The position numbers were made by a program, and so were the translations under genes. This document shows, piece by piece, positions 28,016-37,926 of a DNA stretch of 64,000 nucleotides. This stretch comes from an uncultured Bacilli bacterium. GTDB taxonomy: Bacteria; Bacillota_I; Bacilli_A; RF39; UBA660. The notes below the pieces were generated by a model. The model had not been told where the DNA came from, searched no databases, and was given only the letters and a program-made list of their open reading frames with translations. The DNA is taken from NCBI GenBank assembly GCA_934098385.1, contig CAKOOJ010000003.1:78848-142847 (forward strand), in the 5' to 3' direction. Position 1 is the first letter of the stretch. The number at the start of each line of letters is the position of its first letter.

Positions 28016-29194
28016 TTAAAAATTTAACATTACCCAATCTGGTTTAAATATTAGAAGTAATCCCATTATAATCATTAGTATACCTCCTACTAGATTAACG
28101 AATTTATTATATCTAGTACTTATACCCTTAGATTTTAATGTAAATACTGCGATTAAAAATACTACTAAATCATCTATTAAGTAGAAGAATATATATATTA
28201 ATAAATATATTATTTTTGTTATTCCATGTATATTGTTTATTGTTAGTAATTCTAAATATATTGTTGGAAAGCCTAAGGAACATGCAAGTTCAATTAAGTT
28301 TACACTACTTGCTAGTATAATTGTTCCTATTATTGCTAGTAAAGTTGATTTTTTAGACATAATTTCATTTATTTTTTTTATTATGCCTTTTCTTTTCTTT
28401 TTATCAACTACATGACATCCAGTATCTTTTCTTGTTTTTATATATACATGTAAATTATATATTCCTAATATTATTGCAAAAATAGCGATAACATCTCTAA
28501 CTATATTAACCATTGTTAAATCTAATATATAACTAATTCCTAACATACTTAGAAAATATATTATTCCACTTGTGAATATAAATGTTAATCCTATAGACAT
28601 CATTTTCTTTTTATTTTTCATAGTTAGTGTCATATTTATTAGAAGTAATAAAATCCACATTGCACAAGGATTAAATCCATCTATAAAGCCTAATATTATA
28701 CCTACTAGTGTTAAACTAGTTTTTTTTGCATCTATTTTTCCTAAAATTGGTATAGTTTTTTCAGATATATTATTTTCGTTTGTTTTTTCTTCTAAATAAT
28801 TATCTATTATACTGGTGAATTCATCTTTTGTTGTTTCATTAAATCCTAATATGTACTCTTTACCTATAACAGTGAATGGTACTCCAGTACTTGATACTTG
28901 GAATAATTCTTTGGTAGCATTCATCATTTTTAAATTATTTTTATCTTTTATTACTTCGTATTTATATATGTTAATTTTATCTTTATATTTATTTTCTAAT
29001 TGTTTAAAATACTCTATTTCATCATGACAATGAGGGCAAGTATAGCTATAAAATAAGTATATATTAACTTTATTTTCTTCTATTTTTTCTCCTACAATAT
29101 TTGATACTACATCTTCATAATCTTTATTTAAAGCGAATATGTTAGTAGGAATTAAAAAAAGTATAGAGATTAATATTATCCATATTTTTTTCAT
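28016..29194 (-). CDS. Thioredoxin-fold domain fused to DsbD/CcdA-like transmembrane thiol-disulfide transporter
   Basis: It has a signal peptide and then YSYTCPHCHDE (CxxC). The membrane domain carries GFNPCAMW and ELACSLGFP cysteines. Confidence 0.65.
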   Translation of the reverse strand: MKKIWIILISILFLIPTNIFALNKDYEDVVSNIVGEKIEENKVNIYLFYSYTCPHCHDEIEYFKQLENKYKDKINIYKYEVIKDKNNLKMMNATKELFQVSSTGVPFTVIGKEYILGFNETTKDEFTSIIDNYLEEKTNENNISEKTIPILGKIDAKKTSLTLVGIILGFIDGFNPCAMWILLLLINMTLTMKNKKKMMSIGLTFIFTSGIIYFLSMLGISYILDLTMVNIVRDVIAIFAIILGIYNLHVYIKTRKDTGCHVVDKKKRKGIIKKINEIMSKKSTLLAIIGTIILASSVNLIELACSLGFPTIYLELLTINNIHGITKIIYLLIYIFFYLIDDLVVFLIAVFTLKSKGISTRYNKFVNLVGGILMIIMGLLLIFKPDWVMLNF

Positions 29195-29451
29195 AGTATA
29201 CCACTCAATTCTTCTAGTATTTCTTTTTTTGTTTTCTCTCCAATTATTCTTTTTACTTCTTCATTATTATCTTCTATAATTACAACTGGTAAAATTTCTC
29301 CTACTTTGTATTTTTCTACTTTTTCTTCGTCCATGTCATAATCTAAATTAATATATGTGTGATTTGGGTACATATTTTCTATATCGTTCCATATATTTTT
29401 TGAAATTAAGCATCCTGGACACCACATTGCATTTATTTTAATTATTTTCAT
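29191..29451 (-). CDS. Small thioredoxin-family protein
   Basis: It is 86 aa with the active site WCPGC. Confidence 0.7.
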   Translation of the reverse strand: MKIIKINAMWCPGCLISKNIWNDIENMYPNHTYINLDYDMDEEKVEKYKVGEILPVVIIEDNNEEVKRIIGEKTKKEILEELSGIL

Positions 29452-30583
29452 TACTTTTTAACTCCTCGTCATATATTTTTTTGAATGATGCAATAAATTG
29501 CTTTAATTCATTTATATTTGTTAAATGGCTTAAACTTATTCTAATGCTATTTTTTGCTAACTCTAAATCATTTGTTATAGCATATACTGATTTAGAAGGT
29601 GTGCTACCCAATGAACAAGCAGATGTTGTAGATAAGTATATTTGTTGTTCACCTAATTTTTTTACAATTTCTTTTGCATCCATATTTATTAAACTTATAT
29701 TTAATGTATTAGGTATACTACATTTAGGACTATTTATGTGTACGTTAGTGAATATACTAAGTTCTTCTCTTAAATATTTGTTTAAATTAGATATATATTC
29801 GTATCTATCCACTAAATTATCTAGTGCTAATTCTATAGATTTTTTTAGTGCTACTACGTTTGCTGTTACAGGTGTTCCACTTCTATATATTGTTGTTGAC
29901 TTCCCTCCATGTATTAATGGAATTAATTTCTTGTTATTTATATTTAATAGTACACCAAATCCATTTAAGCCATAAAATTTATGAGGTGCAAATGTTACAA
30001 AATCTACATTTTTAAAATCTACTTTTATTTTACCTACTGCTTGTGTTGCGTCAGTATGAAAGATACAATTTGGGTATTTATTTACTATGTTAGTAATTTT
30101 TTTAATTGGTTGAATTGTGCCTAATTCACTATCTACGTAACATATACTAACTAAAATTGTGTCATCTCTTATTGTTTTTTTTAATTCTTCAATATCTATT
30201 TCTCCATTATTTAAAATTGGAATTACTGAAATTTCATATCCTTTACTTGCTAAATAATTACATGGTGCAATTATACTTGAGTGTTCAATTGCGGAAATTA
30301 TAATATGTTTTCCTTTATCTTTATTTATTTCTGCTATACCTTTTATTACTAAGTTATTAGATTCACTTGATCCACTTGTATATATTATATTTTCTTTATT
30401 TATATCAAAGTATGATCCTATTACATTGCTACTATCATCAATAATTTTTTTTGCTTCTGTTCCTAATGGATGTGAACTATTAGGATTTGCGATATATTTT
30501 GTGGTTGCATTTACATATTCTTTTAAAACATCTTTTTCTACTGGAGTATTTGCTGCATAATCTAAATATATCATTTTTACCAC
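29438..30583 (-). CDS. Cysteine desulfurase (class V aminotransferase, NifS/IscS-like)
   Basis: IYLDYAANTP is present at the N-terminus. The PLP lysine lies in FAPHKFYG and the active-site Cys loop is STTSACS. Confidence 0.85.
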   Translation of the reverse strand: MVKMIYLDYAANTPVEKDVLKEYVNATTKYIANPNSSHPLGTEAKKIIDDSSNVIGSYFDINKENIIYTSGSSESNNLVIKGIAEINKDKGKHIIISAIEHSSIIAPCNYLASKGYEISVIPILNNGEIDIEELKKTIRDDTILVSICYVDSELGTIQPIKKITNIVNKYPNCIFHTDATQAVGKIKVDFKNVDFVTFAPHKFYGLNGFGVLLNINNKKLIPLIHGGKSTTIYRSGTPVTANVVALKKSIELALDNLVDRYEYISNLNKYLREELSIFTNVHINSPKCSIPNTLNISLINMDAKEIVKKLGEQQIYLSTTSACSLGSTPSKSVYAITNDLELAKNSIRISLSHLTNINELKQFIASFKKIYDEELKSNENN

Positions 30584-30667
30584 TTCCTAAACTAGAATTA
30601 TTATAACATATTTTTTATGTAATTTTTGTGAAATATAAAAAAAATTAAGAAAAAAAGCTTTTTGGCT

Positions 30668-31213
30668 TTAATTCTTAAATGTTATATCTCCATCACTAAT
30701 TGGGTAGTTTGGATAATTTGCATCATTTAATATTATGTTTCTACTTGTAGCTTCTGGATTAATTATTTCGATTTCTTTATTTTCACTATCCATGTCTATT
30801 TCTTTTACTGTTGATTCAAATGTATGAGAACCATCCGAAGATGTTTGTTTTATATATATTTTTTGTGGAGTACTTGTACCAAATGGTAAATGTTCTAATT
30901 TTGCATTTCCATCTACGTCTGTTGTAACTGGATTTCCATATTCTTGTCCAGTACTATCCGTTCTATAAAATATTGCATTTTCTACCGGAACTCCTGTTGT
31001 TGAATCTCCAGTATCACTAACTTTTATTGTTAAAATACCAGTTGCACTTATTGTAAAAGTATATTCATTTGTACCTTCTTTAATTTCCACATTTTTTGGG
31101 GCTATACTTGAATTATCATACCCTGGAACATTGCATGTAACTGCATAGTTTCCATTTTCTATCTCTTTGCTACCTTTACCATTAGTTATGGGAATTAGTA
31201 TTTCTTTTGACAT
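30668..31213 (-). CDS. Hypothetical protein with prealbumin/Cna-B-like beta-sandwich repeats, no signal peptide
   Basis: Likely start is MSKEILIPI. VENAIFYRTDSTGQEYGNPVTTDVDGNAKLEHLPFG looks like a carboxypeptidase-regulatory/Cna-B type repeat. This is tentative. Confidence 0.4.
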   Translation of the reverse strand: MSKEILIPITNGKGSKEIENGNYAVTCNVPGYDNSSIAPKNVEIKEGTNEYTFTISATGILTIKVSDTGDSTTGVPVENAIFYRTDSTGQEYGNPVTTDVDGNAKLEHLPFGTSTPQKIYIKQTSSDGSHTFESTVKEIDMDSENKEIEIINPEATSRNIILNDANYPNYPISDGDITFKN

Positions 31214-31541
31214 ATATATTTCCTTCCGTGATAGGTAAATTTTCATAATATAAATCTATTATTTTAAATGTAATCGAAATGTTTTTATTGCATTTTGGAA
31301 TAGGATTTCCTAAATATAATAAAATTGTATCTTTTATATTTTTTTTAATATATACAACAAATTGTTTACTCATAACTATTATTTTATATACTTTATTTAT
31401 TTCAAAATTGAAATTTATTGTACCATCAATATTTGTTTTGGTATTTAAAAGAATATTATCTTTATTGTCTTTAATGATAATACTAAATTTTGTAGCATTA
31501 ATATTTGTACATAAAATACATTTTATTTTTATATTTTTCAT
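31182..31541 (-). CDS. Hypothetical small protein with a similar beta-sandwich signature
   Basis: Likely start is MKNIKIKC. NTKTNIDGTINFNFEINKVYKIIV is present. It overlaps the downstream gene start by about 30 nt. Confidence 0.35.
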   Translation of the reverse strand: MKNIKIKCILCTNINATKFSIIIKDNKDNILLNTKTNIDGTINFNFEINKVYKIIVMSKQFVVYIKKNIKDTILLYLGNPIPKCNKNISITFKIIDLYYENLPITEGNIYVKRNTNSHN

Positions 31542-31681
31542 GTTAACACTCCAATTACATAATATTTTATGCAATATCATATTTTATAATTAGAATATTT
31601 GTCTAGTAATGAGTAGAATATTAATGTAGTTTTTGATATTAATTTATATTTTTTTATATAAATATTATTTTTATTTGATGA

Positions 31682-32482
31682 TTAGGTATTTGCGTTTGGT
31701 TTCTTTAATTGTTTTATTTTTATATCTATTAATTTATTTTCTGTTTGATTTATAGTGTCTTTCAAAGCTTTTTTTATTTCTTCATCAGAAATTTCTAAAG
31801 ACTTACCATTAGAAAATTTCATTGTTATTCTTCCGTAATTCATTTTAAATTCTTCTATCTTATTAATATTCTCTTCTATAAATTTTTTTGTTAATTTAAT
31901 TCTAGTTAAATTATGTTGGTTATTATTAGAAAAGCACAATAAAATAGTCTTATCATTTATATTTAATGCTTCACATCCGTTAAAATTTTTTGCATCGCAA
32001 ATGATTATATTGTCAAATTCATTTTTATTAAATATTTGAATAAGATTTTTGTTTGAATCTTTTTCTGCTTGTTTTTTAAATTCATAATATTTTATATCTT
32101 TTAAAAATTCTTTTATATTTTCATTTAATTCGTCATAAGTACATTTTATTGGAGTACTTATAATAATTTCCTTACTATTATTTAGTGTTATAACCATTCT
32201 TTCCATTTCAATATAGTCATTACTTTCATTAAATGTTTCTAATTTTGTTATCTGACTGCTAGATATCATTAAATTTATTAAATAATTAAATATGCTTTTG
32301 AAATCTCCATTATACTTTTTTTTTAATAATGTAAAAAATAAATCACTATTAGTTTTTAAAATATCATTACTTTTATATTTAGTTATGTACATGCTAATTA
32401 AAAGTTCATTTGTATTTTCATCTAAATTTACTTCAAATAATAAAGAATTTATATTTTCTAGTACTTGTTTTGTAACATTCAT
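31682..32482 (-). CDS. Hypothetical protein (about 266 aa)
   Basis: The ORF is co-oriented with its neighbours. No motif was recognised. Confidence 0.4.
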   Translation of the reverse strand: MNVTKQVLENINSLLFEVNLDENTNELLISMYITKYKSNDILKTNSDLFFTLLKKKYNGDFKSIFNYLINLMISSSQITKLETFNESNDYIEMERMVITLNNSKEIIISTPIKCTYDELNENIKEFLKDIKYYEFKKQAEKDSNKNLIQIFNKNEFDNIIICDAKNFNGCEALNINDKTILLCFSNNNQHNLTRIKLTKKFIEENINKIEEFKMNYGRITMKFSNGKSLEISDEEIKKALKDTINQTENKLIDIKIKQLKKPNANT

Positions 32483-32588
32483 AAAATCCCCTGCCATTTC
32501 TAAATATATTTTACTATATAATTATTTAAAATTAAAGGGTATACAGATATTATAAATTATTGTATAATTAAAAAATAGGAATGATGAT

Positions 32589-34601
32589 ATGAAAAAAATA
32601 TTAAAAAAATTTAAAAAATTAGATAAAAAATTTAAAATAATGTTTTATATAGTTAGTATTTTGTATATAGTTTCTATTGTTTTTATAAGTCAGAGTTTGT
32701 TACTTCTTAAAAATATAGAAACTGTTTTAAGGATTGTATTTCTTATATTTATATATTTAAGTTATTTTATATATTTATTTATCAGTATATTGTTATTATT
32801 TAGCAAAAGGAGTAAGAGCTATGTTGGTAATAGTATATTTATTAGTATTATTAGTATAGTCTTTATAGTTGTTAGTATATATATTAATAAAACTTATAAT
32901 ATTGTTGATAGAATGAATAAAGATGTTATTACTTATAGTAGTAGTTTAGTTGTTATGAAGGATACTGCATTTAAAAACGATAGCAATTTTACTGTTGGTA
33001 TGATAAGTGATGAAAATGATATTGAAGGTAATATACTTGCAAATAAATTAATTGACAAGAAGAAGTTAGATAAGATTGATGTTAAATATTATGATAATTA
33101 TTTGGAAATGCTTGGTGATTTATATAGTAGTAAGATTAAAGGTATTTTAGTTAGTTCTGGATATGTTGTTAGTTTTTCTGGGTATGATAATTATAATAAT
33201 ATAGGTAGCGAAACAAAAATAGTTTATACATATAAGGAAAAAAGAAAAAATGTTAGTTTAAAAAGTGGTAGTGGTAAGAAGTTAACTGAGCCTTTTACTA
33301 TTTTACTACTTGGCGTAGACTCTGAGGTAGATGGTTTGAAGGCTAATCAAGCTTTTAATGGTGATACTATGATGATGATTACTTTTAACCCTACTACACT
33401 TAATACTACTGTATTTAGTATTCCACGAGACACTTATGCTCCTATTGCTTGTAATGGTAAGAGAAGCAATAAAATAAATTCTAGTGCTGCAGGTGGTACT
33501 ACTTGCGTTATAAATACTTTAAAGGATTTAACTGGTATTGATATAGATTATTATGTTAAGATTAATTTTAAGGGTGTAGTTGATTTGGTTGAAGCTTTGG
33601 ATGGTATTGAGGTTGATGTTCCTGTTGATTTCTGTGAACAAGATTCTAACAGAGAATTTGGAGACCATGAAATCTGTCTTAAAAAAGGTGTTCAAACTTT
33701 AAATGGTGAAGCTGCACTTGCATTATCTCGACATAGGCATTCTTTACCGCTTGGTGATTTTCAAAGAGTTCAACACCAACAATTAGTTGTTGAAGCTATG
33801 GCTAAAAAAGTAAAAAATATAAGAAGTGTTAATAAATTTTATGAAGTGCTTGATGCTATTAGCAAAAACATTGAAACTAATGTTAGTACAGATGAAATGC
33901 TTAATTTATATAATGTTGGTAAAAAGATGCTTTTAGAAAATGATGCAAATATTAATATAGAAAAAACTTATTTAACTGGATATGATTTAACAATGTTAAT
34001 TCCTGGGTTGGGAAATGTTTATACTTTCCAATATTATCCTGAGAGTTTAAATGAAATTGTTAAGGCCATGAAAATTAATTTAGGGTTAGAAAAACCTAAA
34101 ATGATTAAAACATTTAATTTTAGTGCTAATTATACTTACGAAGTTCCTGTTATTGGTAAACAATATTATAGTGTTAAGAGAAATGAGGCATTGCCTAGTT
34201 TTGTTGGAAGTAGTTTAGAATACTTAAATACTTGGGCTAATGCAAGAGGTATTACTGTTAATACAAATTATGTTACCGAGGGTATGGATGGTTATGATGA
34301 AAATAAAAATGGAATTATAACAAGTCAAAGTGTTAGTAAAGGTACATTAGTAAGTGAAGTTAAAAGTATTACTGTTAGCGTTGTTAAATCTTCTAAAAGT
34401 GAAAATAATGTTGAAGAAACAAAAAATACTGTAAGTATTAGTGAAGACAATAAAGAAAATGTTAATGATACTAGCAATAATGTTGAGAATAGTAGTAGTT
34501 CTACTATAGATGATAGTCAAAATAGCAATACTAGAGAAAATGAAGGTGAGAATACTACAATTAGTAATGCTGAAGATAATCAATCTTTTGAGACAAATTA
34601 A
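32589..34601 (+). CDS. LytR-CpsA-Psr (LCP) family cell-wall glycopolymer ligase with C-terminal PASTA-like and Ser/Asn-rich regions
   Basis: It has N-terminal TM helices. The LCP core reads FTILLLGVDSE..GDTMMMITFNP..VFSIPRDTY..KINSSAAGG..IDYYVKINFKGVVDLVEALDGIEV. It is one of only two sizeable plus-strand genes. Confidence 0.85.
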   Translation: MKKILKKFKKLDKKFKIMFYIVSILYIVSIVFISQSLLLLKNIETVLRIVFLIFIYLSYFIYLFISILLLFSKRSKSYVGNSIFISIISIVFIVVSIYINKTYNIVDRMNKDVITYSSSLVVMKDTAFKNDSNFTVGMISDENDIEGNILANKLIDKKKLDKIDVKYYDNYLEMLGDLYSSKIKGILVSSGYVVSFSGYDNYNNIGSETKIVYTYKEKRKNVSLKSGSGKKLTEPFTILLLGVDSEVDGLKANQAFNGDTMMMITFNPTTLNTTVFSIPRDTYAPIACNGKRSNKINSSAAGGTTCVINTLKDLTGIDIDYYVKINFKGVVDLVEALDGIEVDVPVDFCEQDSNREFGDHEICLKKGVQTLNGEAALALSRHRHSLPLGDFQRVQHQQLVVEAMAKKVKNIRSVNKFYEVLDAISKNIETNVSTDEMLNLYNVGKKMLLENDANINIEKTYLTGYDLTMLIPGLGNVYTFQYYPESLNEIVKAMKINLGLEKPKMIKTFNFSANYTYEVPVIGKQYYSVKRNEALPSFVGSSLEYLNTWANARGITVNTNYVTEGMDGYDENKNGIITSQSVSKGTLVSEVKSITVSVVKSSKSENNVEETKNTVSISEDNKENVNDTSNNVENSSSSTIDDSQNSNTRENEGENTTISNAEDNQSFETN

Positions 34602-34640
34602 AAAAGACTTTAGTTTTTAAATTATTAAAGCCTTTTTTTT
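34601..34640. terminator. Bidirectional terminator between the convergent LCP and DUF4282-like genes
   Basis: aaagacttta (34603..34612) pairs with taaagccttt (34626..34635) at 9 of 10 positions. An A-run precedes it and a T-run follows it. Confidence 0.55.
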
Positions 34641-35208
34641 ATATTGTTTTTGGAGTTGTTTCTTCTCTATCCTTTTTTTCGATTTTTTCTTCTTTACTAA
34701 TTTTTTCTGGTTTTTTTATTTCATCTTTTTTTGGATTTTTTTTGTCTTCTTTTTTTATTAATGTTGGTTTTATATTTTGTTTTTTTAATGAATCTTTTAT
34801 TTCAGAAACATCTTTGAATAATTTTAGAACTAATAATAATAGTTCAAATGTTAGACGGGCTAATATGTTTCCAAATACTAATGTACCTATAAATTCAAAG
34901 AAATTTGTTGTTATATATGAAAATGATGCTAATGTTATTGCAATTGCAACTATTAGGTATAAAACTCTGAATATTGGTTCTATAATAGTTGTTTTAAAAT
35001 TTATAAAATCATATATTTTCTTTCTGTAGCCAGTATAAGTTCCTTCTTTGTCTTTTCCAAAATAATTAGTAAATAAGAATACTCCTCCTATTACAGCAAG
35101 TAATATACTTATTATTACCCATACTTCTGATATTGAGAATGATTTTGCTGTATTAGTTATTGTATCTGTTATTGCCTTTTCTGTATCATATTGTGGCATT
35201 TTAATCAC
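34639..35208 (-). CDS. DUF4282-like membrane protein with Lys/Glu-rich C-terminal tail
   Basis: IYDFINFKTTIIEPIFRVLYLIVAIAITL resembles the DUF4282 signature (F-x-F...I..LY). It has 3 TM helices. Its own promoter-like TTGAAA-17-TATATT lies at 35250..35222 (minus strand). Confidence 0.5.
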   Translation of the reverse strand: MIKMPQYDTEKAITDTITNTAKSFSISEVWVIISILLAVIGGVFLFTNYFGKDKEGTYTGYRKKIYDFINFKTTIIEPIFRVLYLIVAIAITLASFSYITTNFFEFIGTLVFGNILARLTFELLLLVLKLFKDVSEIKDSLKKQNIKPTLIKKEDKKNPKKDEIKKPEKISKEEKIEKKDREETTPKTI

Positions 35209-35279
35209 ATCCTTCTTTTAGAATATAGCACTGTGTTGTGAAATTTTCAAGAAATTTTGTTAAATAAGATGTGTGGGGT

Positions 35280-36020
35280 TTACATTTTTTCATATTTTCT
35301 AATTGTTTCTATTAATTCATTCAGACCTTCATTATAGTTTCTACTAAAATCAATATATTTTTTTGTTTGTAATATTTTAGGTATTTCACAATCTTCTATT
35401 TTAATTGGTATTATTTTTATTTTATTACTGCTGACTTCATCCCATAATATTGATTCCCACTCTTTTGTTACCCAATTTGATTTTACAGAATTTTTTGATA
35501 AAAATAGTAAAACGTAATCACACTCTTCTAATCCTTCATTTATTTTTTTTATGATAGATTCACCTGGTAATATATCAAAAGCATCTACCCAAGTATTAAT
35601 ATTCTCTTTATGCAAATCTAATGCAATTGAAATTACTAATGATTTGTCTAAAGAAGAATGTGACAAAAATAATTTTTTATTACTTATTTTGCTAGTATCG
35701 ATATAATTTTCAAGACTACTATTTAATACATTATCAATTAAAAATTTTTCTTCTAACAAATTTAGTCTTTGATGTTCAGATATCTTACTCCATAATTCTT
35801 TTATTATTTCTTTTTTTCTTTTATTTAAATCATCTATCGTATAATCATTAGTAATATATTCTTGATTTATTAAGTAATAATTTGCATTATCAAACATATC
35901 ACCAAAATATATTATTGATTTATTATCCTCATCATCGTCATAGTATCCAAATCTTCCTTTAAATTTTCCTTTTATTATTTTTACTATTCCATATTCTCCT
36001 ATACATAAATTTTCTTCCAT
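35280..36020 (-). CDS. TIR-domain protein with unknown about 110-aa N-terminal domain
   Basis: KKLFLSHSSLDKS starts the TIR domain (aa about 115-225, nt 35346..35678). LLFLSKNSVKSNWVTKEWE matches the S-x-N-x3-S-x-W-x3-E motif that carries the catalytic Glu (E187) of NAD-cleaving TIRs. Confidence 0.8.
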   Translation of the reverse strand: MEENLCIGEYGIVKIIKGKFKGRFGYYDDDEDNKSIIYFGDMFDNANYYLINQEYITNDYTIDDLNKRKKEIIKELWSKISEHQRLNLLEEKFLIDNVLNSSLENYIDTSKISNKKLFLSHSSLDKSLVISIALDLHKENINTWVDAFDILPGESIIKKINEGLEECDYVLLFLSKNSVKSNWVTKEWESILWDEVSSNKIKIIPIKIEDCEIPKILQTKKYIDFSRNYNEGLNELIETIRKYEKM

Positions 36021-36127
36021 ACTATACTCCTTACATTCAATATTATAATATCTTTATTTTTTATTATCAATCAATGTTAGAAAAATAAAAAATCACACTA
36101 TAATTAATTTAACATAAAATATTTTAG

Positions 36128-37669
36128 GTGATTAAAATGAACTATACAAGAGCTTTAAAGGGTATTGTTATTGATGCTGGACATGGCGGTGAAGATCAAG
36201 GTGCTTCAGGAAATGGTATAATTGAGAAAAATCTAACTTTAGAAATTAGTAAATATATGTATGACAGATTTAAGGAATTAGGTATTCCGGTTGCTTTAAC
36301 GCGTGATAGTGATTCAACTTTAACTAGTGATGATAGACCTGGTGTTGCTTTATCAAAGTTTGGAAATGATAAGGATGTGCTAATTATTTCTAATCATATA
36401 AATGCAGGTGGTGCTGAAGGTGCTGAAGTAATTTACGCTCTTAGAAATAATGACAAACTTGCTAGTAAAATATTAAATGCACTATCTGAAAAAGGACAAT
36501 TAGTAAGAAAATATTATCAACGTAGATTACCAAGTGATACATCAAAGGACTATTACTATATGTTAAGAAATACTCCAAATGCAGAAACTGTAATAGTTGA
36601 GTATGGATTTTTAGATAATGCAAAAGATGCTGAAAAATTAAAAAACAATTATAAAGATTATGCTGAAGCCGTTATAGAAGCCGTGTTAGATTATAAAAAT
36701 ATTCCATATGAACAAACTGGATATTATATAGTTAAAAAAGGAGATTCATTGTGGAGTATAGCAAACAAATATGGTACTAATGTAAACGAATTGAAAAAGT
36801 TAAATAATCTAACTTCTAATTCATTATCAATTGGACAAAAGCTTAAATTACCAACATATGATTACACAACAGAAATACCAGCACCAACACCATCTCCATC
36901 AAATACATATACGGTAAAAAAAGGTGATTCATTGTATTCTATAGCAAAAAAATATGATACAACAGTAGATAAATTAAAAACTACAAATAATTTAACTTCT
37001 AACAATTTATCAATTGGCCAAATTTTAAAAATACCAGGGACAAGTACAGAGTTACCAAATACTCATACTATTTCAAAAGGAGAAACTTTATATGGTATTG
37101 CATCAAAATATGGTGTATCAGTAGATGATATAAAGAAATTAAACAACTTAACTACAAATACACTTAGTATTGGGCAAGTACTTCTATTACCAGGTACAAC
37201 TGAAGAAAATATGGTAAATACTTACACAGTAAAAAAAGGTGATACACTTTATGGTATTGCTTCTAAATACAATTTAACAGCTGATGAATTAAAAAAATTG
37301 AATAATTTAACATCAAACACATTATCAATAGGACAAACTTTAAAAATTAGAAAAAGTGAATCAGATTTTATTACTGAAGATTATGATTTTTACACTGTAA
37401 AAGAAGGAGACACATTATTTAGCATCGCAAATAAATATAATACAACACCAGATAAAATAAAATCATTAAATAACTTAACTTCAGATACATTATCAATAGG
37501 TCAATTAATAAAAATACCATCATCCTCAACAAATACATATATAGTAAAAAAAGGAGACACATTATGGAGTATAGCAAAAGACAATAACACAACAGTAGAC
37601 AAAATAAAAGAATTAAACAATTTAATAAACAATTCATTAACAATAGGTCAACAGCTATTACTTAATTAG
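36128..37669 (+). CDS. N-acetylmuramoyl-L-alanine amidase (Amidase_3) with six LysM repeats
   Basis: The amidase domain shows VIDAGHGGEDQGA..ISNHINAG..VEYGFLDN. It is followed by six copies of Y-x-V-K-K-G-D-(S/T)-L-x-x-I-A..LNNLTSN-x-LSIGQ (nt about 36719..37666). Confidence 0.9.
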   Translation: MIKMNYTRALKGIVIDAGHGGEDQGASGNGIIEKNLTLEISKYMYDRFKELGIPVALTRDSDSTLTSDDRPGVALSKFGNDKDVLIISNHINAGGAEGAEVIYALRNNDKLASKILNALSEKGQLVRKYYQRRLPSDTSKDYYYMLRNTPNAETVIVEYGFLDNAKDAEKLKNNYKDYAEAVIEAVLDYKNIPYEQTGYYIVKKGDSLWSIANKYGTNVNELKKLNNLTSNSLSIGQKLKLPTYDYTTEIPAPTPSPSNTYTVKKGDSLYSIAKKYDTTVDKLKTTNNLTSNNLSIGQILKIPGTSTELPNTHTISKGETLYGIASKYGVSVDDIKKLNNLTTNTLSIGQVLLLPGTTEENMVNTYTVKKGDTLYGIASKYNLTADELKKLNNLTSNTLSIGQTLKIRKSESDFITEDYDFYTVKEGDTLFSIANKYNTTPDKIKSLNNLTSDTLSIGQLIKIPSSSTNTYIVKKGDTLWSIAKDNNTTVDKIKELNNLINNSLTIGQQLLLN

Positions 37670-37885
37670 AAATTATATAAATTATGAAATATATTTTATA
37701 TAATTTTTTATTTATTTAAAATATAATTTATGTTATTATTTTTAAAATAATTATCTAATTTCCTTTTTAATCCTTCCTCAAGTTTATCATTTGTATAGAT
37801 TGTAGATTTTTTTATCAGATAATTTTTAATCATATTTTTTCATAATTTGACAACCTCTGATTCTTGTATTAAATTTAGATAGATG

Positions 37886-37926
37886 AGTTATCTTGTATAG
37901 GTAATTGGAACCTATCCCTGATAACT
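37886..37926. other. Compound palindrome / stem-loop in a decayed intergenic region
   Basis: The outer arms agttatc (37886..37892) and gataact (37920..37926) pair. The inner arms ataggt (37897..37902) and acctat (37910..37915) pair, with a 7-nt loop. Function is unknown. Confidence 0.35.

Noticed and set aside
35280-36020. Calling the TIR gene a Thoeris system (ThsB)
   Set aside because: No ThsA-like SIR2/SLOG/Macro effector is present within several genes on either side. Only an orphan TIR protein can be supported.
36719-37666. Six-fold periodicity in the amidase gene as a DNA-level repeat of interest
   Set aside because: It is explained by six LysM protein modules. The nucleotide copies are diverged, as expected for ordinary domain repeats.
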